This document shows positions 39,508 to 52,799 of a stretch of 64,000 nt of DNA, one piece after another (the first letter of the stretch is position 1; each line of letters begins with the position of its first letter). The notes beneath the pieces were generated by a model. The model did no database searches, was not told where the DNA came from, and saw only the letters and a program-made list of their open reading frames with translations. This DNA is from Octopus sinensis (taxonomy: Eukaryota), in contig NC_043014.1 in NCBI RefSeq assembly GCF_006345805.1, positions 43,028,001 to 43,092,000 on the forward strand, in the 5' to 3' direction. A program made the translations under genes and the position numbers.

Positions 39508-39900
39508 TAGGTACAGAAGTGGCTGTATCATAGGTAGCTTCCTTTCCAACCACATGGCTCCGGGTTCAGTCCCACTGTATGGCAAGTGTCTTCCACTATA
39601 GCCTCGAACCAACCATAGCCTTGTAAATGGATTTGGTAGACAGAGACTGAAAGAATCCCATCGTATGTGTGTGTGTGTGTGTGTGTGTGAATGCTTCTAC
39701 ATCTATGTTTGTCCCCCCACCATTGTTTGACAACCGAAGCTGGTGTGCTTATGTCCCCATAACCTAGCGGTTTGGCAAAAGATACCGATACAATAAGTAC
39801 TAGGCTTACAAAGAATAAGTCCTGGGGCTCGATTTGCTCGACTAAAAGGCGGTGCTCCAGCATGGCCGCAGTAAAATGACTGAAACAACTGAAAGAATAA
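39508..39900 (+). mobile_element. SINE family A copy (diverged)
   Basis: Head, core and tail are recognisable. Confidence 0.8.
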
Positions 39901-40352
39901 AAGAATTTATATTTGAATGGATTTAAAAGCCAAACATTTAATTTAATAAATATATAAATTTTATTGTTATATTTTTCTTGAAATTTTAAAATCCAAAAGA
40001 TCATTTTCAAAATGGAGATTAAGCAATAAATAGATAAATAATTGAGAGAGGGAATACAATGGAAAAAACTGAAGCAGACAAACAGGCAGACATCTCCATT
40101 GCTTCTGTCAAAACCTTGAGAGCAACCAGGAGAAAGAGTTCAATAGATGACAGACGTAGTAGCTGTAGAAATGCAGAAATACCCTCCGATCAGACATTAT
40201 TATTATCACCATTGTTGTTGTTGTTGTTGTTATTATTATTATTATTATTTTTATTATGTTTTTCTTCTTCTTCTTCTTCTTCTTCTTCTTTTTCTTGTTC
40301 TTGTTCTTGTTCTTGTTCTTCTTCGTCTTCTCATTATTATTATTATTATTAC

Positions 40353-40396
<44 letters not shown>

Positions 40397-41810
40397 GCTT
40401 TTTACTAAACACATTATTTAGCTCTCAAATCCATTTATTTCTTATATATCACAATTCTTCAAATTTAATCTCAAAACTTCAAGGCAACCTGTTCGTATAT
40501 ATATATGTACCTTTCCATCCTCTCTCTCTCTCTATGTATATATATATATATATATATACATACATACACACACACACAGATATATATGTATATGTATGTT
40601 TGCATGTATATAAGTATATAGATGAGTGTGTGTGTGTGTGACACACACATATATACACATGTACAAATTCCTGCCTATACATGTTTACATAAAATTAGAA
40701 CTAAACTGAATACATTGAAAAAAAAATGAATTGTTGAGGAGAAGGTTGAACAAAAAACAAAAAGAAATAAAAAAGAAGAAAAGAATAACTGACCCCACCC
40801 CACCTCACCTCACCCCACCCCTACCTGCCACCTTACCCATTAGACCTCATTTGCTGATATCCCTAATTTGAATAGAAATCCATAAAAGGAAAAGTCTGAG
40901 ACAAACTGACTCCAATGATTTTTTGGGGGTGGGTGCGGGGTGGTGGTGGTGGGGTGAAGGTGGGAAAGTAATAAAAAAATACAATAAAAACAAAAATAAA
41001 TATATAATCCTAAATAAAAAAAATAAAAAATAAAAAATAAAAAAATAAAAAAATAAAAATAAATGAATAAATAAATAAAAATAAATAAAAATAAATAAAA
41101 ATAAATAAATAAATGCATGCAGGAAAATAAATAAATATGGCAAAAGGTCATGTGATCCATAAAAGTTAAAGAACGAAGCGTGAATATGGCTAAATTGCAG
41201 ATTAATCCATAAAACCAAAGTCTTGTCTTTCCTATGTGCTGTCAAACCTTATATTTTGTTTACAATTTAATCGCCCTACAATCTAATCAAACCCATAGAT
41301 TATTCAGTTATTTTTTTTATGACGAATGCACTTCATTTTTTTTTACCCTTTTTCCTGTTTTTTTTTCCCCTACATTTTCTCAACTCATAATTCCTTACCG
41401 CTAGCTTTATGCATTTTATATTTTATAGTTAACGCCTCTGTACAGATTGCGTTCTTAATATGGATTTAACACGTTATATTTACAATTTAGCTGTATGCGT
41501 GCTTCCCTTCTTATAAATTTTATGGACCACATGGCCTTTTGACATACATGTATATTTTCTGCGTGCCTTTATTTTATTATCATTGAGCTGGCAGGATTGC
41601 TAATGCATTGCAAGAAATGCTTAGTGGCGTCTTTCCTGACTCTTTATATATTCTGAGTTCAAATCTCACCAAGGTTGACCTTGTCTTTCATTCTTTCAGG
41701 GTCAATAAAATATAGCACAAGTTGAGTCTTGTGGGATAATGTAATTAACTATACTCATTCCACTAAAACTAAAAACTTTGTGCCAAAATTAGAAACCGTT
41801 ATTATTGTTG

Positions 41811-41866
<56 letters not shown>

Positions 41867-41867
<1 letters not shown>

Positions 41868-42217
41868 TATGTTTGACTTTTGCTTTACATTTGTACTAGT
41901 TAGCTCCAAGTCTCACCCAGAGACCTCAAGAGACAACAAGTTGGAAGTTCATGTTGGTGTTATGCCTAGGGTGCCATATATTTGGTTTTGTTCTTAGTAT
42001 TGTACTAGTGAATGTTTAAGAAACCATAAGAAAATTATGTTTGTTTTAAAACTTGAGATTACAAAGAAATTATTTTGCGTAGGATATGAGCAGTTCCCAT
42101 GAACACTATATTTTGAATTTCTGCCATTTTTGGGTTTCCTGGTATCTGAGCTAGGTAGCAATCAGCCCCTTTTGCTATCATTCCCAGTGCACCTATAACA
42201 ACAGGTATTGTTTTAGT
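41867..42217 (-). mobile_element. Second, heavily 5'-truncated copy of the same R4/Dong family
   Basis: Closely similar to the 3' end of the 37509 element (ctatgtttgacttttgc...caggtattgttttagt). (ATT)n on both sides. Confidence 0.9.
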
Positions 42218-42220
42218 TCA

Positions 42221-42259
<39 letters not shown>

Positions 42260-42429
42260 TATTATTATTATTATTCATTCTTTAATGTCCGCTTTCCATG
42301 CTAGCATGGGTTGGACGATTTCACTGAGGACTGGCGAACCAGATGGCTGCACCAGATTCCAATCTGATCAGGCATCATTATTATTATTATTGTTAATATT
42401 ATTATCATTATTATTATCATTATTATGGT

Positions 42430-43195
42430 GAAGGCAGTGAGCTGACAGAATCATTAGCATGCCAGGCAAAATGCTTAGCGGTATTTTGTCCATCTGTGTT
42501 AAAGACATTCTGAGTTCAAATTCTGCTGAGGTCAACTTTGCCCTTCATCCCTTTTGGTTCAATAAACTAAGTACCAGTTGAGTACTGAGGTTGATGTAAT
42601 CAACCAATCCCCGCCTCCCACTAAAATTTCAGGCCTTGCACCTATAGTAGAAAGCTCAGTATACCCATCTTGACTACCCATCTGATAAGAATACATCTGG
42701 CACATGCATCACAACCAAATGTGCACGACATGGTGATCTCAGATCAAGATATACAGAGCATGACCTTGCAGGTGTAAGTTGGCAGAATCGTTAGCATGCT
42801 GGTCAAAATGCTTTGCAGCATTTCATCTATCCTTATGATCTGTGTTCAAATTCCACCGGGGCTAGACTTTGCCTTTCATCCTTTTGGGATTGATAAAATA
42901 AGTGCCAGTTGAGCACTGGGGCTCGATGTAAGCATCTAGGCTCCTTCTCACCTTCCCTGAAATCGCTGGCCTTGTGCCACAATTTGAAACCATTATTATT
43001 ATGATGATGAGCTGGCAGAATCATTAGGATGCTGGTCAAAATGCTTAGTGGCATTTCGGTCATTTTTATGGTCTGAGTTCAAATTCTGTTGAGGTCAACT
43101 TTGCCTTTCATCCTTTTGGGAGGTCGATAAATTAAGCACCAGTGAAACACTGGGGTCAATGTATTAGACTAGTCCCCTCCCCCAATAGTTTCAAA
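42430..43195 (+). mobile_element. Cluster of three diverged SINE family B-like copies
   Basis: GAGCTG(A/G)CAGAATC.TTAG.ATG heads at about 42438, 42778 and 43010, each followed by the GAGGTCAACTTTGCC core or a variant. Confidence 0.65.
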
Positions 43196-43271
43196 TGACT
43201 AAAACAAGTAAGCGAACAAGAGAATAAAAGAATTCCTCTGCGGTTGACTTTTCCTCTCATCCTTTCATGAT

Positions 43272-43728
43272 TTGCTGGACTACATTCAATGCAGTATTTC
43301 TAATGCTATTGGTCCTGATCTATCTTCTAAATTGGATTCACTCTCCATTCGTCGTTGTGTAGCTTCCTTGTCCCTTTTCTGTAAGTTGTTTCATGAACAT
43401 TGTTCAGTTAAGCTCTCTTTTCTGGTTCCTCCTTTAAGAACCTATCTGTGATCAACTAGACTTGCATCCAGTTCTCATCAGTATACTGTGCAACCGCCTA
43501 AGTGTCGTAAAGCACTTTACAGTACCAGTTTCTTCCCTCACACCTCTGAACTTTGGAATTCCCTTCCACAGTTTTATTTTCCTCTTCGATATGACTTCCA
43601 GGTTTTTTAGTCTAATGTACATCGTCACCTATTGACTTCTGTCAAGCGTTCATTTTATGCTAGTAGCTCTTATGTTTACGCCGGTCTAAGGACCTTGTAA
43701 CGAGTGAATGCTTTTTTTAAAAAAAAGG
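43272..43728 (+). mobile_element. CR1/Jockey-group LINE 3' fragment
   Basis: LLDYIQ...LDSLSIRRCVASLSLFCKLFHEHCS...SFFPHTSELWNSLP...YDFQVF*SNVHRHL, then a short UTR and an A tract. Confidence 0.7.
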
Positions 43729-43938
43729 TCCGTAAAATAAGTACCAGCTGAGCCCAAGGGTGAATGTAATCAGCTTAGCCCTTCCCCCAAAATTACTGGT
43801 CTGGTGCTAAAGTTTGTAACCATTTTTATTGTGACAAGGCTTTTATCCAGTTCTTTTGTTGCCATACATCTCTGTTATGAATAAACAATGTTTGTTTCAA
43901 TTAATTCTGAAAATAATAAAGAATATATGACAGAAAAA

Positions 43939-44339
43939 TAGGCTGTGTGGTAAGTAGCTTGCTTACCAACCACATGGTTCTGGATTCAGTCCCACTGCAT
44001 GGCATCTTGGGCAAGTGTCTTCTACTATAGCCTCGGGCCAACCAAAGCCTTGTGAGTGGATTTGGTAGACGGAAACTGAAAGAAGCCCGTCGTATATATG
44101 TATATATATGTGTGTGTGTGTATGTTTGTGTGTCTGTGTTTGTTCCCCCAACATCACATGACAACCGATGCTGGTGTGTTAACATCCCCGTCACTTAGCG
44201 GTTCGGCAAAAGAGACTGATAGAATAAGTACTAGGCTTCCAAAGAATAAGTCCTGGGGTCGATTTGCTCGTCTAAAAAGGTGGTGCTTCAGCATGGCCAC
44301 AGTCAAATGACTGAAACAAGTAAAAGAGTAAAAGAGTAA
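43939..44339 (+). mobile_element. SINE family A copy
   Basis: Match to family A with a (GAGTAAAA)n tail. Confidence 0.85.
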
Positions 44340-44519
44340 GTCAATATCAAACTGGTGAGTAGAACAAATTGATAGAAAATTTTGGTGGAAGGGTGTTTCT
44401 TGATCCCTAAAAATCAGGAATTTTGTTTCATAATGTCAGGATTGGTCTCAGACAGGTCTGCATAAAAGGGTTAGCTAACTGCTGCTGTTGCTACCACCAC
44501 TGCTGCTGCTGCTGCTGCT

Positions 44520-44906
44520 TTGTTTGTTTGTTTGTTTGTTTGTTTGTTGAGCGAAATGGTCTTCGTCCCAGAGTGGGACAAGTCCAAAACATGGTCCTTT
44601 GCTATTCGTAAGACCTGCAGAAGAGAAAGCAGGTCAACCCCCGACACCGAGAACATCGACGGATGGACAAATGTGCATCCAGGCTCAGCGGTTGCGTAGG
44701 TAGTTGGGGACAAGAAACAGGAAGAAAGATTGAAAGAAAGTTGGAGCGAAAGAGTACAACAGGGGTCGCCACCACTCCCTGCCGGAGCCTCGTGGAGCTT
44801 TAGGTGTTTTCGTTCAATAAACACATACAATGCACGATCTGGGAATCGAAACCGCGATCCTCCAACTGCGAGTCAGCTGCCCTAGCCATTGGGCCATTGC
44901 GCCTCC
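44520..44906 (-). mobile_element. tRNA-derived SINE family D with (AAAC)n tail
   Basis: Head GGAGGCGCAATGGCCCAATGGCTAGG...GGTTTCGATTCCC; tail (CAAA)n. Confidence 0.7.
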
Positions 44907-45289
44907 ACTTGCTGCTGCTGCTATCACCACTGCTGTTGTTGTTACTACTGCTGCTGCAACATATTTTTCAGCTGGTTTTACTGGGGTAGAGTGTGATGAT
45001 GTATTCTTTATTTGACACATTTTTCTAGTTTCCAACATAAAGTAAAAATGTCTGTTAACATGGCTCTGACATAAGTGTCTTCTTTTACACATGCCGTCTA
45101 AAGACTTCTCTAATCATCATATTTTACACTTGCGGAAAATACAATAAAAATTTGTGCTTAATATTGTTCTGACATGTAAGCTCTTTTATATTTCCTGTCT
45201 AAGAAAAAGATAAATTGAATTTTTGTTTTTACTTTCTTATTTTATTTTATTATTATTATTATTATTTTTTTTTTTGTGTGTGTCTAAAT

Positions 45290-45815
45290 ATTTTACAGTT
45301 TCAGTCACACAGTAAAAATAAGTGTTAACATAACTCTAATAACACATATCATGGGTGTCTGGTTTGATATTAGCCACCCTGATGTGGTAAAAATTTTTAT
45401 ATTCGTCACTATTTCATAGTCTCAGAAGTAAAAATATGTGTTAATATGCTTCTAATAACATATTTTGAGGGGTTTGCTTTGACATTAGCTACCCAGATGG
45501 GGTAAAACAGTTTTATATTCGTCACCATTTCATAGTCTCAGAAGTAAAAATATGTGTTAATATGCCTCTAACATACGTTGAGGGGTTTGCTTTGACATTA
45601 GCTGCCCAGATGTGGTAAAATGGTTTTTCTATGCATCACCATTTTACAGCTTCACAAACAATGAAAATAAGTGTTTGTATAACATGACTCTAATAACATA
45701 TATTAAGGGGTTTGCTTTGACTTTAGCTGTCCAGATATGGTGAACTGATTTGTCTATGCATCACCGTTTTACAGTTTTAGACACAGTTAAAGTAAGTGTT
45801 AATACAACATAATTC
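45290..45815. repeat. Degenerate ~116-120 bp tandem repeat (4+ copies; another copy at about 46615-46750 beyond inserted SINEs)
   Basis: CTCAGAAGTAAAAATATGTG at 45421 and 45537; recurring GGGGTTTGCTTTGAC.TTAGCT. Confidence 0.8.
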
Positions 45816-45994
45816 TTAACTGGATTAGAATGAATTGTCCATATTCAGTTTAATGCAGGACAAGGGCCAGGACAATCCCCACAGTCCAATGTGGGGTTGT
45901 GAATTTAAGCTCAAGATCAAATTGGATAGACGAGCCTACTCTGTTACACTGGCTCAACATAGCTTGGTAGAGAGCTGTAGTTTTTATATTCATA

Positions 45995-46150
45995 CCCAGA
46001 AGTAGTTAAGTCAGCTGGTACTTATTTTATTGACCCTGAAAGGATGAAATGTAAAGTCGACCTCAGTGGAATTTGAACTCAGAATGTGAAGACAGCTGAA
46101 ATACCCCTAAGCATTTCACCGAACATGCTAGCAATTATGCCAGCTAGCAA
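45995..46150 (-). mobile_element. SINE family B-like copy
   Basis: CTGGTACTTATTTTATTGACCCTGAAAGGATGAAATGTAAAGTCGACCTC. Confidence 0.65.
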
Positions 46151-46151
46151 C

Positions 46152-46614
46152 ACTTTTACCCTTTTACTTGTTTCCGTCATTTGACTGCGGCCATGCTGGA
46201 GCACCTCCTTTAGTCGAGCAAATTGACCCCAGGACTTATTCTTTGTAAGCCTAGTACTTATTCTATCGGTCTTTTTTGCTGAACTGCTAAGTTATGGGGA
46301 CATAAACACACCACTTTCGGTTGTCAAGCGATGTTTGGAGGACAAACACAGACACACAAACATATACACACACATACATACAAACATATACACACACATA
46401 TATACATATATACGACGGGCTTCTTTCAGTTTCCGTCTACCAAATCCACTCACAAGGCTTTAGTCGGCCCGAGGTTATAGTAGAATACACTTGCTCAAGG
46501 TGCCACGCAGTGGGAATGAACCCAGAACCATGTGGTTGGTAAGCGAGCTACTTACCACACGGCCACTCCTGGTTGGTAAGCAAGCTATTTACCACACAGC
46601 CACTCCTGCACCTG
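46152..46614 (-). mobile_element. SINE family A copy with duplicated head segment
   Basis: GGTTGGTAAGC..CTA.TTACCACAC.GCCACTCCTG is duplicated at about 46522-46610. Confidence 0.85.
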
Positions 46615-47109
46615 TACAACATGATTCTAATAACATATATTGAAGGTTTTACTTTGACATTAACTGTCCAAAAGAGGAAAGCTGGCTTTTCTCAGAATCA
46701 CTATTTTTAGCTATTTCAGACAGTAAAAATATGTAACGTGGTCCTAATAACATCACAAATGGTTTGTGCAAGGACAAATAAATAGAATGGCATCTGGAAA
46801 AAGGTGTCATCATTTTCATTAATCAGCAAAGTGTAAAAAAATTATAAAAAGAATTGTCAGGCTAAAACATTAAAGTTAACAACTGTCAAACTTGTTGCAT
46901 AAGAAAATCGGACATTTCATTCTTAATGACCCGATACTTATATTGATATTTAGCAGAATTAACAGAGTGACTCAAGGTCTGAGAGTTTCATGCATTGGCA
47001 TGTATCAAAACTTGAGTCACTCTCTTACTTCTACTAAATATTAATAAAAATATACATATACTCAATATTTTGAGTTCTATTTTACTTATTTGCATCACTA
47101 TAACGATAC

Positions 47110-47315
47110 ATATATATATATAAAATATTAGAAAAAAATCACCTTTTATCAATTCAAAATGAATAATTAAATTATACCATCTAGAAAATTACAATTAATA
47201 GAAAAGTTAAAATTAAAATAATCAAAATATATGTAATTTTCTAGATGGTGTAATTTAATAATTCCTTTTGAATTGATAAAAGGTGGTTTTTTCTAATATT
47301 TTATATATATATATA
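47110..47315. repeat. Fold-back element flanked by (TA)n
   Basis: ATAAAATATTAGAAAAAAATCACCTTTTATCAATTC... versus ...GAATTGATAAAAGGTGGTTTTTTCTAATATTTTAT. Confidence 0.85.
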
Positions 47316-47400
47316 TCATATTGTATGTAATTTGATTTAGTATTTCTAAGTTGAATTCTTTTTCCTTGTAAGTTTGGATTTTATTCCCTCAAATAATAAT

Positions 47401-47485
<85 letters not shown>

Positions 47486-47734
47486 GCCATACCAACAAGC
47501 CACCATACCTCCATCATCAGCTGCCCCACGGATATCATTATGGTTTTGACACCTGGGAAGTACCATTCAATCTGATGGTGTCAACAGCACTAAAATAAGT
47601 GTTGTTTGGGAATAAACATACCTTAGATATCACCACATTCATTCAATCTTAATTCTAGGTATATATATATATATATATATATATGCATACACATCCTGGG
47701 TTCTCCCATCGTTAGATAACTTATGAGTGTTTGA

Positions 47735-48000
47735 CAATTTCTTGCCAAACAACCACACAGATGATTGGTTTGTAGCAATCAAATGTTTGTGTTTCCATAA
47801 GCTCACTCTCTTTCCATCAAATCGACATCACCTGTACTGGTGCACCATGTGCCACATGCCAGGTGATGAAAGGATTGTAGAGCAACATGAAATGAAGTGC
47901 TTTGCTCAAGAACACAATGCAACACCCGGTCTGGGAATCGAAACCATGATCTCGCAGTCATGAGTGCAACACCCTAACCACTAAGCCATGCACCTTCACA
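47735..48000 (-). mobile_element. tRNA-derived SINE related to family E
   Basis: TGGCTTAGTGGTTAGGG...GGTTTCGATTCCC...TGTGTTCTTGAGCAAAGCACTT. Confidence 0.6.
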
Positions 48001-48049
48001 TATACATATATGTATATGTATATATATATATTTATATATATATATATAT

Positions 48050-48560
48050 ATGTTGGGGCAATCGAAATCGAAACCGAATTGAACCAGCCAGGATCCCTGG
48101 CCTGGTGGTACGTAAAAAGCACTATCCGACTCGTGGCCGTGGCACGTAAAATACTCCAATGCGACCGTACGACAGGCACCCATGCTTGTGAAGACATGTT
48201 GGGGCAAGCGAAATCGAAATCGAATTGAACCAGCCAGGATCCCTGGTCTGGTGGTACGTAAAAAGCACTATCCGACTCGTGGCCGATGCCAGCACCGCCT
48301 CGACTGGCTTCCGTGCCGGTGGCACATAAAATACACCAATCTGACCATGGCCGTTGCCAGCCCCGCCTGGCACCTGTGCAGGTGGCACGTAAAAAGCACC
48401 CACTACACTCACGGAGTGGTTGGTGTTAGGAAGGGCATCCAGCTGTAGAAACATTGCCAGATTAGACTGGAGCCTGGTGCAGCCTTCTGGCTTCCCAGAA
48501 CCCTGGTCGAACCGTCCAACCCATGCTAGCATGGAGAACGGACGTTAAACGATGATGATG
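48050..48560 (+). mobile_element. RTE 3'UTR fragment with internal duplication and (GAT)n tail
   Basis: GTGGTTGGTGTTAGGAAGGGCATCCAGCTGTAGAAAC...GGACGTTAAACGATGATGATG. The AATCGAAATCGAA...CACTATCCGACTCGTGGCCG block is duplicated. Confidence 0.75.
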
Positions 48561-49063
48561 ATATTTATGTGTATCAGCACTGACCACTTCCCAGACCCAC
48601 ATTTTCACACCTACACATACACACATGCACACGTCAAGATCACCAGCCCTCTTCCACACACACATACCACTCTCTTATACACACACACATGCACGTCCAC
48701 CTTCATTTTGGGATCACCACCACTTTGTTATCTCCCCTTCTCCCTAGCTCTCCTGTCTGGCCTTCACCACGATAGATCGCTAGCCACTACACATTCTTTA
48801 TTTTTCTTTCCTTGTTTCTTTCTGTGTTCCTTTCTGTGGAAGAGCATAGGCTCGAAACGTTAAAGACTTTTTCACTTCCCGAGTGTTAAACTAATACATC
48901 TGTTTGTTGTCTACACCACCTGCCTTCGTCTTTTTTGTGAATTCTCCCTATATATATATATATAAGTTCAGTAAAATTTAGATTCAGTTGAATATGGTAC
49001 TTAAGTTAAAGGCACCAGAATTTAGTGTGGTATTATCCATATAATTCAAAATGGGGTGATTAC

Positions 49064-49245
49064 AATCAAAATAAGCAGCAAGGATATCCAGAGGTAATGC
49101 AGTACGATCGTTTCATGCGACTTCATTTAATTGAACAATGAAAATTTTAAACCTGATGTAATATTTGCATTGTTCAGTTAAATGAAGTCACATGAAACGA
49201 TCATACTGCATTACCTCTGGATATCCTTGTTGCTTATTTTGATTA
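49064..49245. repeat. Fold-back element with ~75-bp arms
   Basis: ATCAAAATAAGCAGCAAGGATATCCAGAGGTAATGCAGTA... versus ...TACTGCATTACCTCTGGATATCCTTGTTGCTTATTTTGAT. Confidence 0.85.
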
Positions 49246-49822
49246 TATATATATATATATATATATAATGCCAACCACTCTTGGTGTGGTTGGCATTAGG
49301 AAGAGCATCCAGCCATAGAAACCATGCCAAATCAGATTAGAACCTGGTGCAATTCCCCAGCTTACTAGTTTCCAGTCCAAGTCCAACCCATGTCAGCACG
49401 GAAAAACAAATGTTCAATGATGATGATTATGATGATGATGATGATGATGATATATTATAAGTCTTCATATCATAACAATACATATTTTTCCACTGTGAGT
49501 CTCAAACTGCGAAATACTCTAAGAAGAAAACGCAGCTTATCACTCGTTTCTAGACAGGAAACGTAAGAGAATATTAAATGTAGAATTTTGCATCATTTTC
49601 CGTTTGAATAAGTAAAGAAGTGCATCTTAGCATTTTTTTTTAAAGAGTGAGTGTTAAAGCAGACACTCTTTATATCACAGCCGTATTAGCACTTGCCTTT
49701 CTGTTTTTTCTCACACTTACAAGCCTGAATCAGCAAAATGTGGCAAATATGAATTAGTTTAAAAGACGGTTAAACCAGCCATCTTTTAGCAGACCTCTCT
49801 CTCTTATGTTAGAGCCATTGCT

Positions 49823-49869
<47 letters not shown>

Positions 49870-49875
<6 letters not shown>

Positions 49876-50340
49876 TCTTCTTATTCCACCTCCTCCTCCC
49901 CTCCTCCTCTTACTCCTGTTACTCCTCTTCTCACTCTTACCCCTTCTCATCCTCCTCCTCCTCCTCCCCTTCTTTTTCCTCCTCCCCTCCCTCTTCCTCG
50001 TCCTCCTCTCTTTCTTCCTACTCCCCTTCTTCCTCTTCTCCCCTCCCTCTTCCTCATCCCCTTCTTCCTATTCCCTTTCTTCCTCCTCCTCTCCCCTCCC
50101 TCTTCCTCCTTCCCCTTTCTCTTCTTTTCATCCACTTCTTTTCCTCCTCCTCCTCCTCCTCCTCCTCCTCCACTTTTCCTCTTCTTCTTCTTCCTACTCC
50201 GCTTCTTCCTCCTCCTTTTCTTCCTCCTCTCCCCTCCCTCTTCCTCTTCTTTTCATCCACTTTTCCTCCTCCTCCTCCTCCACTTTTCCTCCTCTTCTTC
50301 CTCTTCCTCCTCCACCTATTCTTCTGCTTCTTCCTTTACA
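49870..50340. repeat. Polypyrimidine (CCT/CTT) low-complexity tract
   Basis: Direct reading; almost only C/T on the + strand. Confidence 0.9.
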
Positions 50341-50541
50341 AATGAGTAAAAAAAAATAAGGAGCCTTACATAGCCTTACATAAATATATTTCAAAAATTT
50401 AACAAAAACACAACAAAAACAGAATAGTTTAGAAATAGAAAAACACGAGAAATGGAAAATCCGTATCTAATTTGTATCAGTCAACGTCCAAAGAATCATT
50501 ACAATTTCATGCCTTTAATGTTGATATTATTCACTTTTGGT

Positions 50542-50618
<77 letters not shown>

Positions 50619-50974
50619 ACACACACTCACACTTACACACATTTATAAGTTGTTAATTATAAGGTTGGTCATAGAGTGACCAATTATACAGTTAGCGTTA
50701 TACGATTCCCCACTTAGCTTTATAGACACTTAGCTTTATGGATGATTCATCAGATTCCAATGTCTGTAGCCACTGGAGTCTGACAAGTTGTCTACAAGGC
50801 TAAGCACTTTATGGATGCGAAACCATTGGTCACTCTATGACCAGCCATATAATTAACTTCCTCTAATTACATTACTGTTTTAACATTTTGAGTGTGCTTC
50901 TTTTCAGGATATACGATCCACTGATGATCATTTCATATATATCCTCCTCCTCCTCCTCCTCCTCCTCCTCATCA

Positions 50975-51600
50975 TCATCATCATTGTTTAATGTCCGTTT
51001 TCCATGCTGGCATGGGTTGGACGGTTCGACCGGGGTCTGGGAAGCCAGGAGGCTGCACTAGGCCCCAGTCTGATCTGGCAGTGTTTCTACAGCTGGATGT
51101 CCTTCCTAACACCAACCACTCTGTGAGTGTAGTGGGTGCTTTTCACATGCCACTGGTACAGGGGCCAGAAGAGGCTGGCAATGACCACGATTGGTTGGTG
51201 CTTTTTACGTGCCACCGGCACAGAAGCCAATCAAGGTGGCACTGGTATCAGTCACATTTGGATGGTGCTTCTTATGTGCCACTGGCATGGGGATCACAAC
51301 TACAATTTCCATTTGATTTTCATTTTGATGTTGAGGTACTTGACTCAATAGGTCTACTCAAGCACAGCAGGTCGCCCTACGATCCAAGGTACTTTTGAAT
51401 GGGCTGGGGGCTGGTTATGCAATACTGGTATAGGATACAGCTTTGAACTCACTTTATTTGCCAGGTCTTCACAGTCACAGAATATCTCCAGAGGTCTTTT
51501 CGTCATTGCCTCTGTGAGGCACAAGGTTCAAAGGTCATGCTTAACCGCTTCATCCCATGTCTTCCTGGTCTACCCCTACTCTGGATTCCTTCAACTGTCT
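50975..51600 (-). mobile_element. RTE-clade LINE 3' fragment with (GAT)n tail
   Basis: Same ORF end and UTR as 25610-26190. Includes the GTTGGTGTTAGGAAGGACATCCAGCTGTAGAAAC motif and a GGACATTAAAC-(GAT)n end. Confidence 0.85.
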
Positions 51601-51776
51601 GGGGAGAGTCATTTTCTTTTTGTGCCTTATTATTTAATACACTCAGCGGTAAAATTTCCACTTATTTCTTATTTTTATTTTCTTAAAATTTTCGTTGCAT
51701 CTTGCAACCTTTTCAATAGTTTTGGCTCTTGCAAGTTTGACTCTTAAAGAATCTTGCAAACCAAATCCCAAAACGA

Positions 51777-51814
<38 letters not shown>

Positions 51815-51881
51815 GGTCCCGGGTTGAGTCGGGGTTAACCACAGTAAATAAGGTACTCAATACATAGCAGAGTAAATAATT

Positions 51882-51993
51882 TATTATATAGAAGGAGCTT
51901 ATACAGGACTAGAACTGTTTCATTCAAAAGAAATCATCAGGAACTGTTTCATTCTTTTGAATGAAACAGTTCTAGTCCTGTAGAAGCTCCTTC

Positions 51994-52000
<7 letters not shown>
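51882..52000. repeat. Fold-back element containing a CTGATGA...GAAAC motif on the minus strand
   Basis: TTATATAGAAGGAGCTT.TACAGGACTAGAACTGTTTCATTC inverted around about 51930-51950. Confidence 0.8.
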
Positions 52001-52066
<66 letters not shown>

Positions 52067-52393
52067 TTTATATTTATATTATATATATTATTATATATAT
52101 ATATGTACATACATACATATATACATATATCACCATCTATATATGCATTCATATATATATGTGTGTGGATGTATGTACGTATGTATGTTTGGGAGTGGCA
52201 CTTCTTCACACATCTCTCCTCACCCATTCTTTGTGCTTGCATGGGTTGGATAGTTTGACAGAAGCTGGCAAGCTGGCGGCACCAGTTGTCTGTTTGGATA
52301 TGGTTTCTACAGCTAGATGCTCTTCCTATATGCCAACCACTTCACAGAGTATACCGGGTGATTTAACATGGTACCGATGCATGTGTGTGTGAT

Positions 52394-52497
<104 letters not shown>

Positions 52498-52564
52498 GTA
52501 TATATATATATATATGTATATATATGTATGTATATATATATATATGTATATATATATATGTATG

Positions 52565-52649
<85 letters not shown>

Positions 52650-52799
52650 CTTTATTTAAAGCAGCAGAAAATTCTACAAAACCTGTTACTCAGAGTAATA
52701 GGTTTTGTAGATTCTGCTGCTTTAATAAAGCATATTACTCTACCACTGGTATTTGAGTACTCTTTTTTTCCACCTTGTTTCACATTTATGTGTTACTCC

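Noticed and set aside
49870-50340. Polypyrimidine tract as a regulatory triplex or a Ser/Pro-rich exon
   Set aside because: Ordinary low-complexity sequence with no supporting context.
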